Assembly (NCBI GenBank): GCA_963674965.2
Contig: CAXXFL010000007.1
Location: 256,001 to 320,000, forward strand
Direction of reading: 5' to 3'
DNA: 64,000 nt
Source: a bacterium
GTDB taxonomy: Bacteria > RBG-13-61-14 > DATKZS01
In this document: in pieces, positions 19,818 through 29,565 of the stretch
Numbering within the stretch: the first letter of the stretch is position 1
Layout of the letters: each line of letters begins with the position of its first letter
Made by a program: the position numbers and the translations under genes
Notes under the pieces: generated by a model
What the model saw: only the letters and a program-made list of their open reading frames with translations
What the model was told of the DNA's origin: nothing
The model's database searches: none

Positions 19818-20591
19818 TTACTCGTTAAGCAGGTTGGGGTCGTCGGTCATGATCCCGCTCACTCCGAGCCTGGTGAACCACCGGATGAGGTATTTCTTAT
19901 TGACCGTCCATACCATCATGTCGCGGCCCTTGCTTTTATTGATGGCCACCTCGATGGGGTTGGCGAAGTTGTAATTGTAAGAGGGCACGTCAATATCGTA
20001 CTTGCTTAAATAGTACTGCATGAGCCACATCTGAACGGGATAGGTTGACGTGACCAGTTCGGGTCTCATTTCTTCGACCATGCCCGCGACCTTGGGGATG
20101 GGCGACTCGAAAACGGCCCGCTCGAGAAGATCGTGGGACTCGACCTGGGCGATCAGTTCCTTGGCCAGCTCCGGATCGGATATCTTGAAGTCGAGTATAA
20201 ATCCGACCTCGACCGTCTCCAGCCAATCCAGGGTCTCCTCCAGGGTGGGGGGCGTATAGCCCCGGCCGGTCTTGAGACGCTTGAACTCCTCGAGCGTCAT
20301 CCCGTCCACCCGCCCGGTCCCGTCGGTGGTCCTGTCCACCGTCTCGTCGTGCATTAAAACGAAAACACCGTCGCTCGTGCGCTGGACGTCGAACTCGAGC
20401 ATGTCAACGCCCAGGTCCACGGCCATCTTCAGGCTCTCGAGGGTGTTCTCGTCCGACAGCGCCCTGGCGCCCCTGTGCCCAATTTTAGCCGGCCTTCCAT
20501 CTGGAAAATCCACTCCCCAGGCGGAAGGGGAAGCAAGCATACAAAGCAGCGCGGCGATCAAAGCCAACTTTTTCATGATGGAACCCTCCAT
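19818..20591 (-). CDS. Glycerophosphodiester phosphodiesterase (secreted)
   Basis: GHRGA, ENTL, EFDVQ, HDETVDRTT, WTVN, GIMTDDP; true start may be 20576 (MKKLAL). Confidence 0.9.
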   Translation of the reverse strand: MEGSIMKKLALIAALLCMLASPSAWGVDFPDGRPAKIGHRGARALSDENTLESLKMAVDLGVDMLEFDVQRTSDGVFVLMHDETVDRTTDGTGRVDGMTLEEFKRLKTGRGYTPPTLEETLDWLETVEVGFILDFKISDPELAKELIAQVESHDLLERAVFESPIPKVAGMVEEMRPELVTSTYPVQMWLMQYYLSKYDIDVPSYNYNFANPIEVAINKSKGRDMMVWTVNKKYLIRWFTRLGVSGIMTDDPNLLNE

Positions 20592-20677
20592 AATAGTAGA
20601 TTCAGATTCACCGTCCCGGTTACGGGCCGGAACTGAAATATTAAAATATCACCCGCGGGGGAAATCAGCTAAAAACT

Positions 20678-21775
20678 TCATCCCAGCTCACCCAGCGGAC
20701 CGGCTTTGCCGGTCTGTCCCCTTTGCCTGAGAAGGTGGTCGCAAAGGGTAATGAGCGCCATGGCCTCGGCCACGGGCGCTATGCGCGGGCAGATGCAGGG
20801 ATCGTGTCTTCCCTTTACCTGGACCTTCGTCGCCGCTCCCATTTTTGTGACCGTGTCCTGCTCCGAGGCGATGGAGGGAGTGGGCTTGACCGCTATCCTG
20901 GCGATGATCGGCTCTCCCGTCGAGATGCCTCCCAGCACCCCGCCGGCAAAGTTGCGCCGGGAGGCCACGTGGCCGCCCCCCCCTTTTTCGAGGGGATCGG
21001 AGTTCTCGGAGCCTTTCCGGGACGCCGCGGCGAACCCGTCGCCTATCTCGACGCCCTTGACCGCGCCTATTCCCATGAGCGCGCCCGCCAGGTCCGCGTC
21101 AAGCTTCCCGAAGACGGGTTCTCCCAGCCCGGCCGGAACGCCGGTCGCGACGATCTCGACCACGCCCCCCACCGTGTCGCCGGACCGCGCACACTCCATA
21201 ACCAACTCGAGCATGCGCTCGGCGGCCTCGGCGTCCGGACAGCGAAGCGGGTTCCTTTCCGCCTCCTCGAAGTCCCGCTCAATGGCCTCGACGTCGCCGA
21301 CCCTGATCACGCCGGACTTGACGGAAACGCCGACCCCTCGAAGCACGGCCCTGGCCGCGGCGCCGGCGGCGACCCGGGCGGCGGTCTCCCGCCCCGAGGC
21401 CCGTCCTCCTCCCCGGTGGTCACGAACTCCGTATTTTAGGAAATAGGTAAGGTCCGCGTGCCCGGGCCGGAAGAGGTCCTTTAACGCGTCGTAGGCCGAG
21501 GACTGGTGGTCCTTGTTGCGGATAATCATTCCGATGGGGGTACCCGTGGTCCTTCCCTCGAAAAGGCCCGAAAGTATCTCGACCTCGTCCTCCTCGGAGC
21601 GAGTGGTCGAGGCCGGGCCTTGACCCGGACGCCTGCGGTCCAGGTCCCTTTGCACGAGGTCCTCGGAAAGAGCGACGCCCGGCGGACACCCGTCCACTAT
21701 CACGCCCAGGGCCGGGCCGTGGGACTCGCCGAAAGTGGTCACTTGAAAAGCGCGGCCCCAACAATTGCCGGACAT
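20678..21775 (-). CDS. aroC: Chorismate synthase
   Basis: [43 protein letters not shown]. Confidence 0.97.
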   Translation of the reverse strand: MSGNCWGRAFQVTTFGESHGPALGVIVDGCPPGVALSEDLVQRDLDRRRPGQGPASTTRSEEDEVEILSGLFEGRTTGTPIGMIIRNKDHQSSAYDALKDLFRPGHADLTYFLKYGVRDHRGGGRASGRETAARVAAGAAARAVLRGVGVSVKSGVIRVGDVEAIERDFEEAERNPLRCPDAEAAERMLELVMECARSGDTVGGVVEIVATGVPAGLGEPVFGKLDADLAGALMGIGAVKGVEIGDGFAAASRKGSENSDPLEKGGGGHVASRRNFAGGVLGGISTGEPIIARIAVKPTPSIASEQDTVTKMGAATKVQVKGRHDPCICPRIAPVAEAMALITLCDHLLRQRGQTGKAGPLGELG

Positions 21776-21987
21776 TTTCTTACCTCCCGGTTGGTTTTCT
21801 TTACGCCTCCCGGCCGCCGGGCTGCATCGGCCGCCGGAGTGATAATTATAGTGATCATGTCCATCTCAAGCAAAGCCAAGGGGTCCGGTCTTTCCTATCG
21901 CCTTGAATACAAGCCGCCACTTGATAGAATTAAGCGTCCGGACCAATCTTGCCCGAAGAGGACGAGAAGCCGGACGAGGAGGGAAGC

Positions 21988-22773
21988 ATGAGCTACAAGG
22001 ACGTCCTTTACGAGAAAAAGAACGGAGCGGCGCGGATTACCATCAACCGGCCCGAGCGCATGAACGCCTTAAGAAGGGAAACCCTGTCCGAACTCCAGGA
22101 GGTCATGTCGGACGCGAGCGGCGACGACGCCGTGGGCGTTATAGCGGTAAGGGGCGCGGGCGGCGGGGCCTTTTGCTCGGGCGGCGACGTCAAGGAAATG
22201 CTGGCCCTCGACCGGTCCGCCGGAAAAATATTCCTGGAGGACTTTCACCGGCTGTTCCAGACCATCCACCGGGCGCCCAAGCCGGTCATCGCGGCGGTGG
22301 AAGGGTTCTGCCTGGGAGGCGGAAACGAGATCAACATGGCGTGCGACCTCACCCTGGCCACCGAAAGCTCGGTCTTCGGCCAGGTGGGTCCCACCGTGGG
22401 CAGCATACCCGTGCTGGGAGGGACCCAGTACCTGCCCCGCAGCGTGGGCGACAAAAAGGCCAAGGAGATTATTTTCCTCTGCCGGCGCTACTCGGCGAGG
22501 GAGGCGGCGGACATGGGCTGGATAAACCAGGTCGTGCCCGACGGCCAACTGGACGAGTACCTGGACGAATGGATCGGCCGGATACTGGCCATGAGTCCGC
22601 AGTCCCTCCGCATAGCCAAGCTGAACCTCAACTTCGAGTCCGACGCGCTCTACCCTTCCTTTACCCACGGCGTCGAGCTTTTATCCATGACCTACGGGTC
22701 CGAGGAGCTAAAGGAGGGAATGAACGCTTTCCTCGAGAAAAGAAAACCCGACTTTATGAAGTTCAGGAAATAA
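21988..22773 (+). CDS. Crotonase-superfamily enzyme, MenB/BadI-like
   Basis: ITINRPERMNA, AFCSGGD, GGGNEINMACD, FGQVGPTVGS, EGMNAFLEKRKPDF; start reassigned to ATG 21988. Confidence 0.85.
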   Translation: MSYKDVLYEKKNGAARITINRPERMNALRRETLSELQEVMSDASGDDAVGVIAVRGAGGGAFCSGGDVKEMLALDRSAGKIFLEDFHRLFQTIHRAPKPVIAAVEGFCLGGGNEINMACDLTLATESSVFGQVGPTVGSIPVLGGTQYLPRSVGDKKAKEIIFLCRRYSAREAADMGWINQVVPDGQLDEYLDEWIGRILAMSPQSLRIAKLNLNFESDALYPSFTHGVELLSMTYGSEELKEGMNAFLEKRKPDFMKFRK

Positions 22774-22834
22774 TTCATCGAGCCGGCGTTCAAAAAAGGA
22801 ATGATCGGACGGCCGATAATCAGGGAGTAAAAAT

Positions 22835-23716
22835 ATGACGGAAGAAAAGCGCGCGACCCAGGCCGCCGGACGGGAGGACGACCAGGCGGTAATAGACCCC
22901 AAGCGGTCCAGGCTGGACCCGAAGATTCACGACCCGGCCATCTTCTGTCCGGTGGACCCCCTCATTCGCCTGGCCGCCCGGATAGGCAAGGCCAAGAAAT
23001 CCATGAAGCCCTTCGTTCCCGGCCGCGTTTACACGATAAAATACAAGGGACGTCACATTACGCTGGCCGGCCCGGCCATGGGCGCTCCGGCGGCCTCCTA
23101 CCTGGTCGAGCGCATGATAGCCGGCGGGGCAAAACACATAATCATGCTGGGCCTGTGCGGGTCCATCAACCGGGAGGTGAAAATTGGGGACCTGGTGGTA
23201 CCCACCAAGGCCTGGAGCGAGGAGGGCACTAGCCGTCATTATTATCCCAAGTCCCGGGGAGGGGCGCCCTCTGACAAGGCCCTGGCGGCCGCCGTCGAGG
23301 CTTTGAACGAGGCGGGCAAGAGTTATCACCTGGGCCCGGTCTGGACCACGGACGCCGTGTTCAGGGAAACGAAAGGCAAGGTAAAGACCTACGGGGAGAA
23401 GGGATTGCTGGCCGTCGAGATGGAGGCCAGCGCCCTTTTCGCCGTGGCCAAATACAGGGAGGTCGACCTTTCCGCGCTGCTAATAACGAGCGACGAGCTT
23501 TTCGACCTTCGGTGGCGCATGGGCTTTACCAGGCCCCGTTTCCTTTCGGCCTGCCGCCTCGCCTGCCAGGCGGCCATGGAGGCCGCCTATAAACTTGCCC
23601 CCCCCGAGAAGGACGAATCGAGCGGGGAGGACATTTTCGACGACTTGGCCAAACCAGGCGAGGAGGAAAAAGAAAACGTGGAAAAGGACGAAGAAGAGGA
23701 TGGAGACGAGTCCTGA
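22835..23716 (+). CDS. Nucleoside phosphorylase family protein (PNP/UDP)
   Basis: MGAPAA, GLCGS, EEGTSRHY, VWTTDAVFRET, AVEMEASA; acidic C-terminal tail. Confidence 0.85.
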   Translation: MTEEKRATQAAGREDDQAVIDPKRSRLDPKIHDPAIFCPVDPLIRLAARIGKAKKSMKPFVPGRVYTIKYKGRHITLAGPAMGAPAASYLVERMIAGGAKHIIMLGLCGSINREVKIGDLVVPTKAWSEEGTSRHYYPKSRGGAPSDKALAAAVEALNEAGKSYHLGPVWTTDAVFRETKGKVKTYGEKGLLAVEMEASALFAVAKYREVDLSALLITSDELFDLRWRMGFTRPRFLSACRLACQAAMEAAYKLAPPEKDESSGEDIFDDLAKPGEEEKENVEKDEEEDGDES

Positions 23717-25118
23717 CCACAAACTATCGAGGGCGGACCTGGCGGCGGTCCTGGTCCTGACCGCCCTGGCCGCGGCCACTCGCCTTTACAAGCTCGACCA
23801 GGGATTTTGGTACGACGAGATTTACTCCGTGTCAATGTTTTTCCGCGCGCCATGGCCTTTCCTTCTTACCGAGATGCCCGCGCCCAACAACCACCCCTTT
23901 TATTCCATCCTGGCCAAGCTATGCATCCTGACGCTGGGCGAAAAAGAGTGGACGGCCAGGCTGCCGGCTTTCATTTTCGGCGCGTTTACTCCCGCCATGA
24001 CTTACCTGTTTGGAGCCAGGTGGCTAGGCCGCAAAGCCGGACTGATCGGGGGCGCGATAGTATTATTAGCCATGTGGCAAGTGTGGTTCTCTCAGGACGC
24101 GAGAGGATACTCGGCCGAGATTTTCTTGACCCTTGCCTCCTTTTACCTCTTTCTTTCCCTCATGGAGAAAATAACGGCGGCCAAGGCGGCGGCCTATATA
24201 CTGCTCTGCGCCCTGGCGGTGTATTCCCAACTTTTCGCCCTCTTCGCCGTCTTGTCTCACGCGGCGGTCGGGGCCCTGGCGGCCTTGGCCGGACGGAACC
24301 CTCGGAACGGATTGAAGTGGGTGTCTCTCAGTCTGGCCGGCGCGGGACTCGGTCTGCTTCTTTATTTCCCCATGTTTTCGGACATGTATTCCTACGCGTC
24401 CTTTCAAGGCAAGCTGACGACGGGACGCTCTTTTACGCCTTCCTTCCTGGCCAAGGTTTTCGTGGGATGGGGCTCGGGAGCGGGACGGCTTTACCTGGCC
24501 CTGCCCATGATGGCCCTGGCCGCCGCGGGCCTATATCCGGCCATGAGAAGAAAATGGGAGGTCCCCGTCGGCTGGGCCGCGGGACTGCTTCTCGCGTTCG
24601 CTTTTTCGATCGCCAGTCAGACCTTCGTGTTCCACCGCTTCTATATATTCGGAGCGCCCTGTTTCTACCTGTTCGTCGGAGCGGCCCTTTCAAAGATGAT
24701 CGATTCATCCAGAAAGCCGTTGAAAGCGGCGTCGGTAATGGCGATTATTTTGATCGCGGCGGGCTTGCTGGCCGACCTGAGCGTATATTACGGAAAGGGA
24801 AAACAAGGATACAGGGACGCGAGGGACTGGGTCTCGCTTAACGCGCCCTGGGCCAAGGTGGTGTCAATGGGCCTGGCCAGCGACGTCTACTGGTATTACG
24901 ACCCCTCGGCCGTCAGGCTCGAAAAAGGAGAAACGCCCGAGCCGTCCCTGCTAAAGGGCGCCGCCGTGGTCCTGTCTCACTGGTGGTCGGTGGGAGACTA
25001 TAACATGGACATTCTGAAATTCTCCTGCGGACAGCCCAAAAAGTTTCCCTCAGCCGGTCCTCCCGAGTACGAGGTGCTGGTCTTTATATGCGGTGACAAA
25101 AATGACGGCAACAGGTAA
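23700..25118 (+). CDS. GT-C fold glycosyltransferase (GT39/PMT-like), copy 1
   Basis: WYDEI, NNHPFY, EWTARLP, FSQDARGYS, many TM helices; start reassigned to ATG 23700. Confidence 0.8.
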   Translation: METSPDHKLSRADLAAVLVLTALAAATRLYKLDQGFWYDEIYSVSMFFRAPWPFLLTEMPAPNNHPFYSILAKLCILTLGEKEWTARLPAFIFGAFTPAMTYLFGARWLGRKAGLIGGAIVLLAMWQVWFSQDARGYSAEIFLTLASFYLFLSLMEKITAAKAAAYILLCALAVYSQLFALFAVLSHAAVGALAALAGRNPRNGLKWVSLSLAGAGLGLLLYFPMFSDMYSYASFQGKLTTGRSFTPSFLAKVFVGWGSGAGRLYLALPMMALAAAGLYPAMRRKWEVPVGWAAGLLLAFAFSIASQTFVFHRFYIFGAPCFYLFVGAALSKMIDSSRKPLKAASVMAIILIAAGLLADLSVYYGKGKQGYRDARDWVSLNAPWAKVVSMGLASDVYWYYDPSAVRLEKGETPEPSLLKGAAVVLSHWWSVGDYNMDILKFSCGQPKKFPSAGPPEYEVLVFICGDKNDGNR

Positions 25119-26526
25119 CCATACTCAGGAAAAGACCACCCGCTCGAGGGAATGGGCCATCGTCGCCGCTCTAACCGCCCTGGCGGCCGCCGTCAGGCTG
25201 ATTGGACTTAACCAGGGCCTTTGGTACGACGAGATATTCTCGCTTTTGCGCTTCTTCCGCGCTCCCCTTTGGACGCTGGTGACCGGGATGCCCGACCCGA
25301 ACCATCACCCGCTTTACTCGCTTCTGGGCAAGCTCTGCCTTAACGCGCTGGGCGACTCCGAATGGGCCCTTCGACTTCCGTCATTTATCGCGGGAACGGC
25401 GTCCGTCCCTCTCCTTTACTTTCTCGGATCGAGGCTAATTAACCGCGCCGTCGGAATAACGGCCTCCATTTTGCTCATTGTTTCCTTCTGGCCCGTATGG
25501 TTCTCTCAGGACGCGAGAGGCTACGCGCTCGAGATATTTTTCTCCATCATCTCGTGGGGCATGTTCCTGATTGTCCTCCGAAAATGGAGCCTCTTTTACG
25601 CCGCCATTTACGTCGTTTCAACGGCGGCCATGGTTTATTCCCATCTTTACTCGTGCTTCATGCCTCTGGGACATCTGGCCGCGGCCTTATTTCTCACCTT
25701 TTTCAAAAAAGGCCTCGGCGTCGATCAAAACGAAACGACCGCCGGGAAAGCCGCCCTGACGGCCGCCGCTTCTCTGGCCCTGGCCTCGGCGCTTTATCTT
25801 CCCATGGCTTCCGATTTTCTCAATTTCTCTCGCTCCGAGGGCCAGAGGACGATGGGAAGGGCCATGGACTTATCCTTCCTCACGAGCCTCCTTGTAAACT
25901 GGTCCGCCGGTCCGGGCCGGACCTTGCTATCTATCCCGGCCCTGGCCGCCGCCGCGGCCGGCGTGGTTTTCACGGCCAAGGAGAACAGAGAAGTCCTCAT
26001 CTCCTGGGCGCTTCCTCTTTCGTTGGGGTTCGCGGCCCCCCTGATAACGGGCACTTTCACCTATCACCGTTTCTACTGCTTCGCCATGCCCGGTTTCATC
26101 CTTTTCATGGCCCTGGGACTGGTAAGGTTGGCCGGCAAAGCGAAAAGACCCGCGCCGGCCATGGCGGCGGCGACGGCCCTGATCGTTTTGACTTTTCTGC
26201 CGTCGCTTTACGAGTACAACAAGATCGGCAAGCAGGGCCTGAAACGGGCGGCCGAGTGGGCCCGGACGGAGGCGCCCGATTCCAGGGTATTGGCCATGGG
26301 CCTTTCGGGCGTGGTCTTCCGCCACTACTGTCCCCGGGCGGCTCCCGTCTATCCAAGAGGCCCCATCAGCCGCGACGTGGTTCGAGGAGCGGTCGTCGTT
26401 ATAACCCATCCCTATTCGGTGGGAAAGGAAAACCTTGCTCTCCTGTCGGATAACTGCCGCGAGCCCATGGTAATCAAGTCCGCGGGATACGAGGAAAACG
26501 AGGTGAGGATTTATGACTGCCGATAA
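25102..26526 (+). CDS. GT-C fold glycosyltransferase (GT39/PMT-like), copy 2
   Basis: WYDEI, NHHPLY, EWALRLP, FSQDARGYA; paralogue of the preceding gene; start 25093 or 25102. Confidence 0.8.
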   Translation: MTATGNHTQEKTTRSREWAIVAALTALAAAVRLIGLNQGLWYDEIFSLLRFFRAPLWTLVTGMPDPNHHPLYSLLGKLCLNALGDSEWALRLPSFIAGTASVPLLYFLGSRLINRAVGITASILLIVSFWPVWFSQDARGYALEIFFSIISWGMFLIVLRKWSLFYAAIYVVSTAAMVYSHLYSCFMPLGHLAAALFLTFFKKGLGVDQNETTAGKAALTAAASLALASALYLPMASDFLNFSRSEGQRTMGRAMDLSFLTSLLVNWSAGPGRTLLSIPALAAAAAGVVFTAKENREVLISWALPLSLGFAAPLITGTFTYHRFYCFAMPGFILFMALGLVRLAGKAKRPAPAMAAATALIVLTFLPSLYEYNKIGKQGLKRAAEWARTEAPDSRVLAMGLSGVVFRHYCPRAAPVYPRGPISRDVVRGAVVVITHPYSVGKENLALLSDNCREPMVIKSAGYEENEVRIYDCR

Positions 26527-27259
26527 GCACGAACAAAACGAGGACGCCCTGGCCCAAATCGAAGCCCTCGACTCGGTGAGGATTCTCCGCATGAGGCACG
26601 ACCCCGACAACCGCTTCAGCGCCCCTTTTATCAAGGCCCTTAACCTCGCTCTGGACGAGATCGAGGCTGACGGCTCCGCCAGGTCGGCGGTGATAACGGG
26701 AGCGAGGGACAAATACTTTTCCAACGGCCTCGACTTAACCTGGATCGCCGGGCGGACCGTCCAGGAATGGGGACCGTTCCTCGAGAGCTTCGTGTTTCTG
26801 CTCGACAGGGTCCTCACGTTCCCCAAGCCGCTGGTGGCGGCCATTAACGGCCACGCCTTCGCGGGAGGGGCCTTCCTCGCCTGCGCCGCCGACTGGCGCG
26901 TGATGAGGTCCGACCGAGGCTGGTGCTGCATACCCGAGATCGACCTCCGCCTCGACCTTCCTCCCGGCCACCTGGCCCTCCTTTCCTACGTGGTGGGAAA
27001 AAGGAACTGCGACCGCCTGAGCCTGACGGGGGAAAGACTGACCGCCGCCCAGGCCCTCGAGCTGGGGCTGGTGGACGAGACGGCGGAAAAGGACGAGGTC
27101 CTGCCCCGGGCCGTGGAGATGGCCAAAAGGCTGGGAACGAAAAACCAAGAACAGTACGCCAGACACAAGCTCAACTTAAGAGCGGAGCCTTCCCGCGCCC
27201 TCCGGATCGAGGACCCTGAATATATTAATGCCATGCTGAAAGAAAAAAAGTTCACCTGA
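26513..27259 (+). CDS. Enoyl-CoA hydratase/isomerase family protein
   Basis: KYFSNGLDL, PKPLVAAINGHAFAGG, CIPEIDL; resembles delta3,delta2-isomerases. Confidence 0.85.
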   Translation: MTADKHEQNEDALAQIEALDSVRILRMRHDPDNRFSAPFIKALNLALDEIEADGSARSAVITGARDKYFSNGLDLTWIAGRTVQEWGPFLESFVFLLDRVLTFPKPLVAAINGHAFAGGAFLACAADWRVMRSDRGWCCIPEIDLRLDLPPGHLALLSYVVGKRNCDRLSLTGERLTAAQALELGLVDETAEKDEVLPRAVEMAKRLGTKNQEQYARHKLNLRAEPSRALRIEDPEYINAMLKEKKFT

Positions 27260-27299
27260 CGGACGATCGCCCGGTCCTTTCCCGGGCGGGTCAATAGGT

Positions 27300-28760
27300 T
27301 TACTCGGACCTTTTTCTCCTCCACTCCCAATACGCGGCGAGCGCTCCCAGGGCCCTGGCGGCCCGCTCGGGAGTGGGATAGGCCGGCGCGCCGTTGTCGG
27401 TAAAGGCCCGAAAGCCGTCCTCCCCCGGACCCATCAGGGAGGCCATCACCAGGGGCTTTCCAACCTCTTGGGGAATCCTGGCCACCTTGCCGGCCATGGC
27501 CCGAAGCATCTCGAGCACCGGGTCCATGTTGAGGGACGGGAAGTACTCGGTTATGGTCTCGCGGCGTCCCTCAAAGAACCCGCTGATAAAAAAGCCGTAG
27601 ACGATAACGGCGTCGATCTCGTCCGACTCGAGGGCCTGGCGGGTCACGCGTCCGAACCGGTTCATGTCGGTGTCGAAGGTGAAATCGATGGGGTTGGCCA
27701 CCGCGCCGGTGGAGGGCATGGTTTTAAGGAACTCGGCCTGGAGTTTTTCCGAGAACCTGGGAAGCTCGAGTCCGACTTTTTCACAGGTATAGGCGGCGCT
27801 GCTTCCGGGCCCGCCCGAGTTGGTGACTATGGCCACCCTGCGCCCTCCCATGGGAGGCGCCTGGGAAAGGACGCGGGCGAAATCGAAAAGCTCCCCTATC
27901 CCGTTGGCCCAGACAATGCCGCACTGCCTGAACAGTCCTCGCGCCAGGTCCTCGGGCACGCCCAGGGCCGCCGTGTGAGAGGCCCCCGCCCGGGCGCCCG
28001 CCTCGTTGCCGCCCACGAAATGCGCCACCACGGGCTTTTTCAGGGACGTGGCCCTGGCGGCCTCGATGAATTCCCTGCCCCGCCTGATCCCCTCGATATA
28101 AAGGGCCACCGCCCTGGTCTCGTCGTCCTCCCTGAAAAAATCCAGGGCGTCCACCATGTCCACGTCTCCCTCGTTGCCCAGGCTGAGGGCAAAGCGCAGG
28201 TTGAAGCCGGGCTCGAGTTCCTTCATGTAGGGGAATATCTGGGTGGTGTAGCTGCCGCTATGGGACGCGAGGCTGATCGAGCCAGGCTCGAGCCTGGCGC
28301 TGAAGGTGGTGGTGTTAAGCGGCAGGTGCGCGTTCACCAGTCCCAGGCAGTTGGGACCTATTATCCGGATGCCATGGCGCCGCGCCGTCTCGAGCATCTT
28401 TTCGTTCAGGGTCCTGCCCTCCTCGGTGGCCACCTCCTCGAAGCCCGCCGTGGTGACCACCGCGTGCCGCGTGCCCTTCTTGCCCAGGTCCTCGAGCACG
28501 GCCGGGACCGCCGCCGCCGGGATGACGATCAAGGCCAGATCGACGGGACCGGGAACGTCGCTCGCCCGCTTGTACGCCCTTTGTCCGAGCACCTCCTCCT
28601 GAGTGGGGTGGATAAAATGGACCTTTCCTGGAAAGCCGCCGCCGATGATGGCCAGGGCCTGCATGGTCCCCATCTTCATGGGACCGGAAGCCCCGTAGAC
28701 GGCCACGGACCGGGGATTTAGCATGTCGAATAAAAAATGAGACAACTCCAGCACCTCCAT
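27300..28760 (-). CDS. ADP-forming acyl-CoA synthetase alpha subunit (CoA-binding protein)
   Basis: PRSVAVYGAS, RIIGPNCLG, SLGNEGD, ASHTAAL phospho-His motif, TNSGGPG, NPIDF; no ATP-grasp domain. Confidence 0.88.
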   Translation of the reverse strand: MEVLELSHFLFDMLNPRSVAVYGASGPMKMGTMQALAIIGGGFPGKVHFIHPTQEEVLGQRAYKRASDVPGPVDLALIVIPAAAVPAVLEDLGKKGTRHAVVTTAGFEEVATEEGRTLNEKMLETARRHGIRIIGPNCLGLVNAHLPLNTTTFSARLEPGSISLASHSGSYTTQIFPYMKELEPGFNLRFALSLGNEGDVDMVDALDFFREDDETRAVALYIEGIRRGREFIEAARATSLKKPVVAHFVGGNEAGARAGASHTAALGVPEDLARGLFRQCGIVWANGIGELFDFARVLSQAPPMGGRRVAIVTNSGGPGSSAAYTCEKVGLELPRFSEKLQAEFLKTMPSTGAVANPIDFTFDTDMNRFGRVTRQALESDEIDAVIVYGFFISGFFEGRRETITEYFPSLNMDPVLEMLRAMAGKVARIPQEVGKPLVMASLMGPGEDGFRAFTDNGAPAYPTPERAARALGALAAYWEWRRKRSE

Positions 28761-29038
28761 AGATTAAGTTCCAAGCTTATACCCCTTATACGGACGGGGC
28801 AAAGTCCAAGGCGCGGGCGGCTGATTGGATGATTTGGGTTACCCGTTCGATTCCATGGGAATTTTCGCGGCCGGTTCAATCCGGATCGAGTAAGCAATTG
28901 AAATCACGTCTTTTTTGACCGCCCGTAAAATTAAAGGAATTTAATGCTCCTTGATTTGGGCCGGATTTTGGTGCTATAAAGAAACCGTAGTTCCGCGTCA
29001 GTCGCGCCTTTCAAATTTCTCATTCAGGTGGTATTCGC

Positions 29039-29437
29039 ATGGAAAGACGACTAAGGATTCTGGTGGCCAAGCCCGGTCTGGACGGCCATGACCGCGGCGC
29101 CAAGGTGGTGGCCCGCGCCCTCCGGGACGCTGGGGCCGAGGTAATATACACGGGTCTTCATCAGACCCCGGAGATGATAGTGGAGGCGGCCATTCAAGAG
29201 GACGTGGACGCCGTGGGTCTGTCCGTGCTCTCGGGCGCCCACATGACCCTGTTCCCCGCGGTTATCAACGGGCTGCGGGACAAGGGCATAAGCGACGTGG
29301 CCGTCTTCGGCGGCGGCATCATCCCGGAGGACGATATTCCGCGGCTCGTGGAGTTGGGCGTGAAAAAGATATTCCTTCCCGGCTCCCCCATGAAGGACAT
29401 AGTGGATTTCATGAACGGCGAGCTTAAGCCGCGTTGA
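29039..29437 (+). CDS. Cobalamin-binding small subunit of an acyl-CoA mutase (methylmalonyl/isobutyryl-CoA mutase type)
   Basis: [12 protein letters not shown] (DxHxxG), SVLSGAH, GGGIIP. Confidence 0.93.
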   Translation: MERRLRILVAKPGLDGHDRGAKVVARALRDAGAEVIYTGLHQTPEMIVEAAIQEDVDAVGLSVLSGAHMTLFPAVINGLRDKGISDVAVFGGGIIPEDDIPRLVELGVKKIFLPGSPMKDIVDFMNGELKPR

Positions 29438-29565
29438 CGAATGGGTCTTATCGTCCCGGCTTTTTATCCATGGATATGTTTTCGGCGTCCGCGGGCGGGC
29501 GGACTTTACGTCGTAAAAGGTAGTAAAGGTAATTTCAAATCCATCAACCAAGGAGGTAAAAGCAA

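Noticed and set aside
28761-29038. Possible cobalamin riboswitch upstream of the B12-binding gene
   Set aside because: No B12-box or conserved core recognisable by eye; an Infernal/Rfam search would be decisive
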